A stretch of DNA of 64,000 nt from Burkholderiales bacterium (GTDB lineage Bacteria; Pseudomonadota; Gammaproteobacteria; Burkholderiales; SG8-39). The stretch lies in the NCBI GenBank assembly GCA_038904015.1, contig JBCKKZ010000001.1, positions 14,906 to 78,905 of the forward strand. The letters are read 5' to 3'. Every line of letters begins with the position of its first letter. The first letter of the stretch is position 1. Below the pieces are notes generated by a model, which saw nothing but the letters and a program-made list of their open reading frames with translations, was not told the DNA's origin and did not search any database. The position numbers and the translations under genes are program-made. Below, piece by piece: positions 46,848-55,324 of the stretch.

Positions 46848-47165
46848 ATGACAAGCAAACGCCTCGATGAAATCCGAAAACGCATTGACAGGATCAAGGC
46901 AGAACTGGCCGCAATCGATGAAATGCGGCCCGGGTCGCTAACCCGCCAGTACAAAGACCCCCAGAACCAAAGCGGGGCCTACTACCAGCTCAGCTATACG
47001 CGGGAGATGAAGAGCCGAACCGACTACATTGCACGCGACTGCCTGCGCGATGTACGCCGCCAGATCGGCAACTACAAGCGCTTCAAAACCTTGAGCACAC
47101 AATGGATCGCCTTGAGCATTGAGCACAGTCGCCTCAAGATGAAACTGGCTCGCAGACCTCCTTGA
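46848..47165 (+). CDS. Small IS-borne protein (DUF6788-like)
   Basis: MTSKRLDEIRKRIDRIKAELAAIDEMRPGSLTRQYKDPQNQSGAYYQLSYTREMKSRTDYI. It lies inside the IRs. Confidence 0.4.
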   Translation: MTSKRLDEIRKRIDRIKAELAAIDEMRPGSLTRQYKDPQNQSGAYYQLSYTREMKSRTDYIARDCLRDVRRQIGNYKRFKTLSTQWIALSIEHSRLKMKLARRPP

Positions 47166-47188
47166 ACCGGCAGTGCTATGCTCACCTC

Positions 47189-47596
47189 ATGGGCAAACGG
47201 CAGGAGCAACATCCCTTCGAGGACAATCCCTTCCTCGAAGATTTTTTCGACTGGATGGGCTCTCCTGAAGGCGAGCTTTCCGGTGTGGTGTCCGATGCTG
47301 TTTGGATGTTGCTAGAAAAGGCCGATGTCGACGCCAAGAATCGAAAGATCATTTGGGAAGATGGGAAAGGGCTTTCGATTACTGAGTCCGTGCAGCGCAT
47401 TCACGCAGACCGCCCGGACTTTCCGCTCGAGCTGATCGAAACGCATCTGATCGGATGGCTCGAAATGGAATTCGCCCCACCAACCTATTCTCAGAAGCAA
47501 TTAGACGAGCTAGATCGGCTCACCGAAAAGTGGATCGAGGATCACGAGCGGCAAGCCGAGACCCCTCCAAAACGGGGGAGAACTCGGCACTCTTGA
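47189..47596 (+). CDS. Hypothetical IS-borne protein
   Basis: Acidic ORF of about 135 aa ending inside the right IR. I recognise no family. Confidence 0.3.
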   Translation: MGKRQEQHPFEDNPFLEDFFDWMGSPEGELSGVVSDAVWMLLEKADVDAKNRKIIWEDGKGLSITESVQRIHADRPDFPLELIETHLIGWLEMEFAPPTYSQKQLDELDRLTEKWIEDHERQAETPPKRGRTRHS

Positions 47597-47611
47597 GATT
47601 AGATAAATCCA

Positions 47612-49390
47612 ATGAAAAATAAGTCACTAGATGTTTACAAAAAAGCTTTCACCTCAAATTTTTTGTTCTTAAAGGGGGCAAACAACATTCAGGAAGCCTT
47701 CCTTCGTGCGATCCCAATCCCTGGATACGGATTCTTAGTGCCAGTAAGCAAAGCACACGAGGCCGATAACGAACTTCATGAAAAACTAACGGATTGGCGA
47801 AATGAAAATGTTAATGTCTATCCAACCCAATTCGTTGCAACTGTCGAAAGCACGAAAGCCTGGCTGAAAGATCGATTGCTTGCCGTAGATGACAGGATGT
47901 TATTTTTGATCGTTGATAATCAAGGTAAGGTTGCGGGACATATGGGGTTTAATGGATGTAATAACGATGATTTTCTTTTTGAAATAGACAATGTTGTTAG
48001 AGGTGAGCAAGCTGCTGTTAAAGGTTTTTTTTCTGCAGGCATGTTTGCCTTAATGGAATGGGCGAGAAAAACATTGAATGTGGAAGGGTTTTTTCTCCGA
48101 GTGATGGATGATAACCCTCATGCAATTGAATTTTATAAACGCAATGGATTTATAGAAGATTGCAGAATTCCTCTTTTTAGAGAAGAAAAAACTGGAGTGG
48201 TTTCCTATAGGGAAGCCAATAAAGATGAACAAGCATCTAAAACCTTCGTTCGCATGGTGTGGCAACCGGTTAGAGATACTATAGGAAAGTCATTAATTCT
48301 GACGGCTGGCCCATCAATTTCTGGTAGAGAGGCGGTATATTCGTTTGACGCAGCTGTAAATGGATGGAACAGTAACTGGTCAAAGTATCTAACATCTTTT
48401 GAAAAGCAATTTGCTGAATATGTTGGCGTAAAGTATGCCATGGCCACATCCAGTTGCACCGGTGCCTTACAAATCGCGTTGATGGCGCTTGATGTTGGTC
48501 CTGGGGACGAGGTTATCGTTCCAGATCAAACTTGGGTGGCTACTGCAAATGCTGTACGCTATGTTGGTGCAATACCCGTATTCGCAGATATCGAATTAGA
48601 TACCTGGAATATCGATGTGAGGTCTATTGAGTCACTTATTACCAGCAAAACTAAAGCTATCATGCCAGTGCACATGTACGGACACCCTGCCCGTATGACA
48701 GCAATAGTTGAATTGGCTAAGAAATATGGACTGAAAATTGTAGAAGACGCGGCACCTGCTATAGGTGCAGAGTGGGAAGGTAAACGTTGCGGCTCTTTCG
48801 GGGACTTTGGTGCATTTAGTTTTCAGGGCGCCAAACTGATGGTAACGGGCGAAGGTGGTATGTTGGTTACCAATGATGAGGCACTTTACCAAAAAGCATA
48901 CAAGATATGGGACCAAGGTCGTAACCCCTCCCGGGCTTTCTGGATTGATGTAGATGGTGTGAAATTCAAAATGTCCAATATTCAGGCAGCACTTGGTTTG
49001 GGTCAATTAGAACGAGTAGATGAACTCATTGAAATGAAACGTCGCTTGTTCTCTTGGTATCAAGAGGGACTTGATGGTGTTCCATTTATTACGATGAATA
49101 AAGAGGTTGAAGGCGCACGTAGTATCTACTGGATGAGCAGTTTGTTTATTGATGAAGCCGCGCCTGTTAGCCGCGACGAATTAATAAAGTTGCTAAAAAG
49201 TAAAAACGTTGATACCCGTCCTGTCTTCCCTGCTATCAGTCAATATCCGATTTGGCCACGCCAACAGCAGCCTCAACCAACAGCGATGCGCGTAGGTCTT
49301 GGTGCAATGAATCTGCCTAGTGGTGTTTGCTTAACAAAAGATGAGGTAATGTATGTTTCAGCGCAAATTCGGCAGATTTTGAGCGTCTAA
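47612..49390 (+). CDS. Fusion: GNAT N-acetyltransferase plus DegT/DnrJ/EryC1-type sugar aminotransferase
   Basis: The N-terminal roughly 210 aa is GNAT-like (...RVMDDNPHAIEFYKRNGF). The C-terminus carries ...ATSSCTGALQIAL..., ...IVEDAAPAIGA... and FSFQGAKLMVTGEGG (PLP lysine). Confidence 0.75.
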   Translation: MKNKSLDVYKKAFTSNFLFLKGANNIQEAFLRAIPIPGYGFLVPVSKAHEADNELHEKLTDWRNENVNVYPTQFVATVESTKAWLKDRLLAVDDRMLFLIVDNQGKVAGHMGFNGCNNDDFLFEIDNVVRGEQAAVKGFFSAGMFALMEWARKTLNVEGFFLRVMDDNPHAIEFYKRNGFIEDCRIPLFREEKTGVVSYREANKDEQASKTFVRMVWQPVRDTIGKSLILTAGPSISGREAVYSFDAAVNGWNSNWSKYLTSFEKQFAEYVGVKYAMATSSCTGALQIALMALDVGPGDEVIVPDQTWVATANAVRYVGAIPVFADIELDTWNIDVRSIESLITSKTKAIMPVHMYGHPARMTAIVELAKKYGLKIVEDAAPAIGAEWEGKRCGSFGDFGAFSFQGAKLMVTGEGGMLVTNDEALYQKAYKIWDQGRNPSRAFWIDVDGVKFKMSNIQAALGLGQLERVDELIEMKRRLFSWYQEGLDGVPFITMNKEVEGARSIYWMSSLFIDEAAPVSRDELIKLLKSKNVDTRPVFPAISQYPIWPRQQQPQPTAMRVGLGAMNLPSGVCLTKDEVMYVSAQIRQILSV

Positions 49391-49392
49391 TT

Positions 49393-50208
49393 ATGGTTGA
49401 AACAACAGTTTTGGCGAGAGCGATCCGTCGCAATGCAGTGCAAATGGTTCGTCGTGCAAAGGCCTCGCACATTGCAAGTGCCTTGTCAATTTGCGACATC
49501 GTGGCTGTCCTTTACGGGCGGGTACTCACAATAAATCCGGCGATGCCAAAAGCAGCCGATCGAGACCGATTTATACTAAGTAAGGGTCACGGTTGCGTGG
49601 CCGTGTATGCAGCCCTGGCCGAATGTGGTTTTATCGCGAAAGAAGACTTACTTACCTACGGCCAAGATCACTCTCCACTGATGAACCACATCAGTCACAA
49701 GGTGCCCGGCGTAGAGTTTTCCACAGGATCGCTAGGGCATGGCCTACCGTTTGGCACTGGCAAGGCACTGGCAGCCAAGCGAATGAAGGCTGCTTGGAAA
49801 ACCTATGTGCTGCTAAGTGACGGCGAACTCGGTGAAGGCAGTAACTGGGAGGCGATGATGTTTGCATCTCATCATGGGCTCGATAACCTCGTCGCCATCG
49901 TCGATTACAACAAACTTCAAAGTTTGACGACCGTGGACAAAACACTGCGCATCGAGCCCCTAGCGGCAAAATTTTCTGCATTCGGATGGAGCGTACAGGA
50001 GGTCGACGGACACGATCACGCGGCCTTGGCCACTGCATTGGGCTCAGCCCCGTGGGCGCCCGGTCGGCCATCCATTCTGATCGCCCACACAACAAAAGGT
50101 AAAGGCGTTAGTTTCATGGAAAACCGCGTCGAGTGGCACTATCGCACCCCAAGTACAGAGCAACTGGCCCAGGCACTCAACGAACTTCAAGAGCAAAGTC
50201 ATGCGTAA
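49393..50208 (+). CDS. Transketolase, N-terminal (ThDP-binding) subunit
   Basis: SHIASALSICDIVAVLY...DRFILSKGHGCVAVYAAL...GSLGHGLPFGTGKALA...LLSDGELGEGSNWEA...VDYNKLQ. Confidence 0.85.
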   Translation: MVETTVLARAIRRNAVQMVRRAKASHIASALSICDIVAVLYGRVLTINPAMPKAADRDRFILSKGHGCVAVYAALAECGFIAKEDLLTYGQDHSPLMNHISHKVPGVEFSTGSLGHGLPFGTGKALAAKRMKAAWKTYVLLSDGELGEGSNWEAMMFASHHGLDNLVAIVDYNKLQSLTTVDKTLRIEPLAAKFSAFGWSVQEVDGHDHAALATALGSAPWAPGRPSILIAHTTKGKGVSFMENRVEWHYRTPSTEQLAQALNELQEQSHA

Positions 50209-51097
50209 CGCATTTGTAGAAGAGCTGGTCGAACTAGCTGCGATTCATGATCACATTGCATTGGTGGTGGGTGATCTCGGATATTCCGTGGTTGAACCGT
50301 TTGCCGACCGCTTCCCTGATCGGTTCATTAATGCCGGTGTGGCGGAACAAAATATGACCGGACTGGCTGCTGGCATGGCATCCGAGGGCTATCACATCTT
50401 CACGTACTCGATTGCCAACTTTCCGACTTTTAGATGTGCCGAGCAGATTCGCAACGACGTGGATTACCACCAGCTGCCGGTTACCGTGGTGGCAGTTGGT
50501 GGCGGTTTGGCCTACGGAGCGCTAGGGTATTCACACCATGCGGTGCAGGACTACGCACTCATGCGTTCTTTCCCAAATATGCTGATAGCAGCCCCGGGTG
50601 ACCCGATGGAGGTGCGAGCGTGCATGCGCTATCTGGTGGCCCACCCGCAACCGTCGTATTTGCGTCTCGGCAAGGCGGGTGAGCCTAATTTTCACAGCGC
50701 AGTGCCTGAAGTCCAACCAGGCAGGTGGCTGAAGGTTGCAGACAGTCAACATAGTGCGGACGGGAAACGAACACTCTTGTCGACGGGCGCGACACTGGGC
50801 ATTGCGATGGACTGGCGTAATGCGCCAGAGTACGAGCAACACAGCGTCTATTCGCTACCGCTATGGAGCATGGCCAGCAAAGCAGAGCAGGTCGCCGCCG
50901 CCAAAAAATTCGACGAAATCGTTACGTTAGAGGACCACCTTGTCGACGGTGGATTTGGTTCATGGATGATGGAAGCTATTGTTGGCAAGCCAGGAGTAGG
51001 CGCGAGGATCGTAGTTCATGCTCTAAAGTCGGATGTCTGTGGAACGGTGGGCTCGCAGAGCACGCTGAACACACTGGGTGGGCTTGGCATGTCTTGA
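50201..51097 (+). CDS. Transketolase, C-terminal (pyrimidine-binding) subunit
   Basis: RFINAGVAEQNMTGLAAGMASEGYHIFTYSIANF...RNDVDYHQLPVTVVAVGGG...GYSHH. 8-nt overlap with the N-terminal subunit gene. Confidence 0.85.
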   Translation: MRNAFVEELVELAAIHDHIALVVGDLGYSVVEPFADRFPDRFINAGVAEQNMTGLAAGMASEGYHIFTYSIANFPTFRCAEQIRNDVDYHQLPVTVVAVGGGLAYGALGYSHHAVQDYALMRSFPNMLIAAPGDPMEVRACMRYLVAHPQPSYLRLGKAGEPNFHSAVPEVQPGRWLKVADSQHSADGKRTLLSTGATLGIAMDWRNAPEYEQHSVYSLPLWSMASKAEQVAAAKKFDEIVTLEDHLVDGGFGSWMMEAIVGKPGVGARIVVHALKSDVCGTVGSQSTLNTLGGLGMS

Positions 51098-51205
51098 TGT
51101 GGCGAGTGACTTGGATGGGCAACTTCACAAGATATTACGCAAATATTTAAGTTATTCTGGACGGAAAATCGATGAGCGAATTTATGATCACGAATTCAAG
51201 CATAT

Positions 51206-52153
51206 ATGAAAAAAATACAAATAATTATATTATCTAGAGATAGAGTTAATTACCTTCGTGAGTGTATAAAATCCGTCACAGAACAAAAAATAGAAAACTT
51301 TGAGCTTGAAATATTAATATCTGACAGCTCAGAAACAGATACTGTAGAAACATTTATTAAAAATTCATATCCTTCTCTAAGATATATTCGAAGAGCGCCA
51401 TCAAGATCGGTATGGGATCATTTCAGACTTGCGATTAAAGATGCTTCGGGTGATTATATCGTTATATTTCACGATGATGATATCCTCTATCAGAATTATT
51501 GTTTAGAAATGCTTGCCGCATTTGAACGATATCCTGACGCATCGGCAATCGGATGCAATGCAATTACAATTGATAAGCAAGGACGAGAAGCTGGGCTTCA
51601 TTTCACACGCCAACAAAATAAGATTATCATTGACGAGAAGTGGTTTTTAAGTCAATACATTCCCAACCGCCCTGCTACCACAGGGCATCCCCCATTTCCT
51701 TCTTATTGTTATCGATTTTCAGCATTGGATATTAATCACGTTAATGAAAACGATGGAGGTGCCTGTGCGGATGTGACTTTCATCTCGAAGAAAGTTCAGT
51801 ATGGACCAATAATATGGTTGGTAGAGCCTCTTATGAAATACAGAGTCCACAATCAATCTGGTACAGCAGGGCTTACGCTTAATGATTATAGAAAATTATG
51901 GCGCTATATGGAATTGACTGGACTTAATAAACATGAGAATCCATTTCTTGATTGGCGATATAGTGTATGGTATTCATTATATTTCAAAAAAAAGTGCGGA
52001 AATAAAAAATACAAATTGATCATTCCATCAACGTCGCTAGATGCACTAATTCACAAATCATACCTGATGCGAAGAATATTTTGGCCACGCCTTACATACA
52101 TGCGAATGTTGCTCGGATATATTTGGTGGTTTATTTTTGTTCGAAAAACTTAA
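51206..52153 (+). CDS. GT2-family glycosyltransferase
   Basis: IQIIILSRDRVNYLRECIKSV...ILISDSSETD...FHDDDILY. Very AT-rich. Confidence 0.7.
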   Translation: MKKIQIIILSRDRVNYLRECIKSVTEQKIENFELEILISDSSETDTVETFIKNSYPSLRYIRRAPSRSVWDHFRLAIKDASGDYIVIFHDDDILYQNYCLEMLAAFERYPDASAIGCNAITIDKQGREAGLHFTRQQNKIIIDEKWFLSQYIPNRPATTGHPPFPSYCYRFSALDINHVNENDGGACADVTFISKKVQYGPIIWLVEPLMKYRVHNQSGTAGLTLNDYRKLWRYMELTGLNKHENPFLDWRYSVWYSLYFKKKCGNKKYKLIIPSTSLDALIHKSYLMRRIFWPRLTYMRMLLGYIWWFIFVRKT

Positions 52154-52166
52154 AGAAGTTGGTTCG

Positions 52167-53414
52167 TCAGTAGAAATCGTGGGCGAGTTTTGGCTCTGGT
52201 AGTTTGCCAAGTGCATGATAGAGCGCGATTTCTGTGATGCGGAAGGTTCTGAAGCCGTAAGATTTTCTCATAGTGACTTTGGCTTTGTTGTTCAGTCCCT
52301 CGATGACGCCGCTTGAGAACGCCTTGCGGGCACGGAAATAGTTGAGTAACAGTTCGCGGTGCGCACGCAGGGTGCGGGCGAACTTCTTCATCGGCTCGAT
52401 GCGCGAGCGCATCACCTGCGTGGTCCACTGGTCGAGGAATTTGCCTGCCCAGGTGGGCGAATCGTAATCCCAGAAGTTCTGGAAGGATTCCTTGAGCAGG
52501 TATGCGCGCACGCTCGCCAGGTTGTAGCGCAGGACATCGCGTAGCTTGACGCGCTGGTGGTCAGTGAGGTTCTCGGGGCGTTTGAGCAGGCACCAGCGCG
52601 ACTTCTTGAGTACCGGCTCATAGCCATCCTGGACCATGCGCCGGGCTTCGGCGGCCCGCACGTCATCAAGGGCGAGGTTCATCTTGGCCACGACGTGGAA
52701 GCGATCCAGGATGTTGAGCGCATTGGTGCAGTGCCTGGCGATCAGTTTCAGGTAGGGCTTCCACATGTCCGAGCAGACGAACTCGATCTTCTGGGCAAGC
52801 TCCTGGCCGATCAGGGCGAAGAACTTCTCGAAGCTCTCGACGGTACGCTCCTGGCCGATCCAGAGCAGGCGCACGCAACCGGCCTCGATCTGATAAACCA
52901 GCGTCAGGTACGTGTGGCCGCGACCATACTGGATTTCGTCCACGCCGATGGCGCGGATCGGTCCGAGCGCGCGGTGCGCCAGTCCCCACTGCACGACATA
53001 CTCGACGGCCTGGCAGACCTTCTCCCAACTGGTGTGGAAGCTTTGCGCCGTCTCCTTCCACGACAGCTTGCGCGCCCAGTGCGCCAAGTACAGCATGTAG
53101 GCGCGCGTCAGTGTGTGCTTGCCCATGGCCCACGGTACTTCCTCGACCTTCACCCCACAGGCGCGGCACTGCACCCGCCGCATGCCGTACAGTAACCGCA
53201 CCGCGAAGCCCCACATCGGAATGAACTCGAAGCCCCGTTCGGGGAGCCGGTCGTAGCCGGCGGCGGGCCGGGTGCAACCCGAGCAGCGTGGTCTCGAGCC
53301 GCGGCGCGGCCGCACCTGGACCTCGATGGTCTTCGCCGATACGTTGAGTTTGGCGCCGTCGTAGACGAAGCCGGGGAAGTGATGACAGGCATTGAGCAAA
53401 CGGGTCAACAGCAT
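52167..53414 (-). CDS. ISL3-family transposase
   Basis: MLLTRLLNACHHFPGFVYDG...CSGCTRPAAGYD...GVDEIQYGRGHTYLTLVY...ILDRFHVV...SGVIEGLNNKAKV. Confidence 0.85.
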   Translation of the reverse strand: MLLTRLLNACHHFPGFVYDGAKLNVSAKTIEVQVRPRRGSRPRCSGCTRPAAGYDRLPERGFEFIPMWGFAVRLLYGMRRVQCRACGVKVEEVPWAMGKHTLTRAYMLYLAHWARKLSWKETAQSFHTSWEKVCQAVEYVVQWGLAHRALGPIRAIGVDEIQYGRGHTYLTLVYQIEAGCVRLLWIGQERTVESFEKFFALIGQELAQKIEFVCSDMWKPYLKLIARHCTNALNILDRFHVVAKMNLALDDVRAAEARRMVQDGYEPVLKKSRWCLLKRPENLTDHQRVKLRDVLRYNLASVRAYLLKESFQNFWDYDSPTWAGKFLDQWTTQVMRSRIEPMKKFARTLRAHRELLLNYFRARKAFSSGVIEGLNNKAKVTMRKSYGFRTFRITEIALYHALGKLPEPKLAHDFY

Positions 53415-53838
53415 GGCAGCAAAGCGTCGCGTAGTTGATAACACGACGATTATCCCAGCCAAGGCCACTGCCCTCGACCGGCTCTGCCCCGACCTGTCGA
53501 GCTGGCCCGAATTGTGGAAGATCGAGCAGGCTGATGTTGCCATCGGAGAACGCATCGTCGAGATCATCCAACCCTTCCTGCTCGATCTGCTGCGCCATGG
53601 GCTTGCCGACAAGACGCTGGCTCGCCACCGCGATCACATCCAGATGCTCGGTGGAGAACTCATCCGCCGTCACCACGACGATCCTTCCCTTGCCAAGCGC
53701 GCTGTCCGCGACGTGATGCTCGATCTCGTCGACGAGGAGAGCGGTCCGCTCATCTGGCCGCGCATAACCGAGTCAGCGCAGAACTCATTCGACGCTACTT
53801 GCCGACGACTGTACCGGTTCCTACAGCAAAGCGTCTGA
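53413..53838 (+). CDS. Hypothetical protein carried inside the ISL3 element
   Basis: The 141-aa ORF fills the otherwise unexplained 460 bp between the transposase start and the right IR. Protein-like composition, no family recognised. Confidence 0.35.
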   Translation: MAAKRRVVDNTTIIPAKATALDRLCPDLSSWPELWKIEQADVAIGERIVEIIQPFLLDLLRHGLADKTLARHRDHIQMLGGELIRRHHDDPSLAKRAVRDVMLDLVDEESGPLIWPRITESAQNSFDATCRRLYRFLQQSV

Positions 53839-54001
53839 AAGTAAGTCATGATCTACCCACGAATTCCCCCGACGAACCAAGAAGTTGTCATGGCCAGGGC
53901 GAGTTTACCTCTTTAAATTGATTTAGAAAAATTAATCACGTCCAACGATCCGGATTATTTTTGTCTGAGTACCAAATCAAAATTGTAGATATGGAACTAT
54001 A

Positions 54002-55255
54002 TTGATGCATAAATTTTTTATGGCACACATGGGTGTCCCGCCCTTCGTGCAACATGCTGCGGCGGCTCTGCATGAAGCTGATCTACTTGGTGGGTTCGGG
54101 ACTACATTGATTGACCATCCTGGTAGTCGTTGGCAATTTCTGTCGAAAAGATTGGCTGCATCGCTTGGATACGATTTAGCTAAGCAACTGCAACGCAGGC
54201 AGGTGACTGACTTTCCTTTTGAAGTTGTGCGCCATTACCCGTGGCGCGAAATAGTGCGGATGCTGCAGGTCAAACTTTATGGTGATCCCGTGCTTGGTGA
54301 CAAGATATTTCACTGGACTCGGGACGGTTTCGATTCTTGGTCTGCACGACAGTTGGACGAGTTCGGTGGATTTTATGGTTACGAGTACACCGCACGAGCA
54401 TCACTCAAACGCGCTCGCACCTTGGGTATACCTGGAGTGCTAGATCTTCCTTCTCCCGAGCACGACTTTTCAGAAGCGGTGATAGCAGCTGAAATTGATC
54501 GGTTTCCAAGTATGCGATCGGAATATCGCGAGTACGTAGGGGCGCATCAAAATGTCCGTACTGAATATCGACAATCTGAATGGGAGGCCGCCACCCACAT
54601 AGTGACAGCTTCGAATCTAACTCGTGATACCTGGTGTGCTAAAAAATGGTCGCCACGTCCTACTGTTGTTATTCCCTATGGCGCACCACCAGTGCGAGAA
54701 TCGTTATTATGCGAGGTACCCGCAAGCAAACCATTTCGCTTCGTTTGGGCAGGAACTTTCAGCGTCCGTAAGGGTGCTCACTTGCTACTGGATGCATGGA
54801 CAAGTTGGACTGTCGCCAATCCAGGTGTCGAATTGCACATCTATGGTGCCGTAACCCTGCCGAAAAGCGTATTGACCAATTTGCCCAGAAGTGTTGTATT
54901 TTTCGGAAGTGTTTCGCAGGCGCAATTATTTGAAGCCCTTGCGAGCAGTGTTGCTCTTGTCTTCCCCACATTGTGCGATGGTTTTGGCCTGGTTGTAACT
55001 GAAGCCTTTTCGCTAGGCGTGCCTGTCATTACGACTGATCGTGCCGGCGCTGTCGATCTGATCAGTCATGGCGATAACGGCCTGCGCATTGCTGTAGGCT
55101 CTGCTTCCGCAATCAGTCACGCACTGACAGAATTAATGGACTCGCGCCCAACATGGCCGGATATGCGTCGAAAAGCCGCGGAAACGGCACGTGCCTGGCA
55201 ATGGGCTGATTACCGTCGTGAGATGTCGGCCTTTCTAAAGACGGTAACGGTTTGA
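54002..55255 (+). CDS. GT4-family glycosyltransferase
   Basis: ...FPTLCDGFGLVVTEAFSLGVPVITTDRAGAVDLISHGDNGL. Confidence 0.7.
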   Translation: MMHKFFMAHMGVPPFVQHAAAALHEADLLGGFGTTLIDHPGSRWQFLSKRLAASLGYDLAKQLQRRQVTDFPFEVVRHYPWREIVRMLQVKLYGDPVLGDKIFHWTRDGFDSWSARQLDEFGGFYGYEYTARASLKRARTLGIPGVLDLPSPEHDFSEAVIAAEIDRFPSMRSEYREYVGAHQNVRTEYRQSEWEAATHIVTASNLTRDTWCAKKWSPRPTVVIPYGAPPVRESLLCEVPASKPFRFVWAGTFSVRKGAHLLLDAWTSWTVANPGVELHIYGAVTLPKSVLTNLPRSVVFFGSVSQAQLFEALASSVALVFPTLCDGFGLVVTEAFSLGVPVITTDRAGAVDLISHGDNGLRIAVGSASAISHALTELMDSRPTWPDMRRKAAETARAWQWADYRREMSAFLKTVTV

Positions 55256-55324
55256 CCGGTGCATTGAGTCAAGATATTCGGCAACAGAGCGTATCCGGCA
55301 TGAGTCAAATCCAATAAGTTGGGC

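Larger units (their letters stand above)
45354..47598 (-). mobile_element. IS element (IS4-superfamily-like transposase, frameshifted) with two passenger ORFs
   Basis: 18-bp perfect IRs TCTCAAGAGTGCCGAGTT (45354-45371) and AACTCGGCACTCTTGAGA (47581-47598). TTAGA direct repeats at 45349-45353 and 47599-47603. Confidence 0.75.
52161..53878 (-). mobile_element. ISL3-family insertion sequence
   Basis: IRs GGTTCGTCAGTAGAAATCGTGGG (from 52161) and CCCACGAATTCCCCCGACGAACC (to 53878). 8-bp direct repeats AAGAAGTT at 52153-52160 and 53879-53886. Confidence 0.8.
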
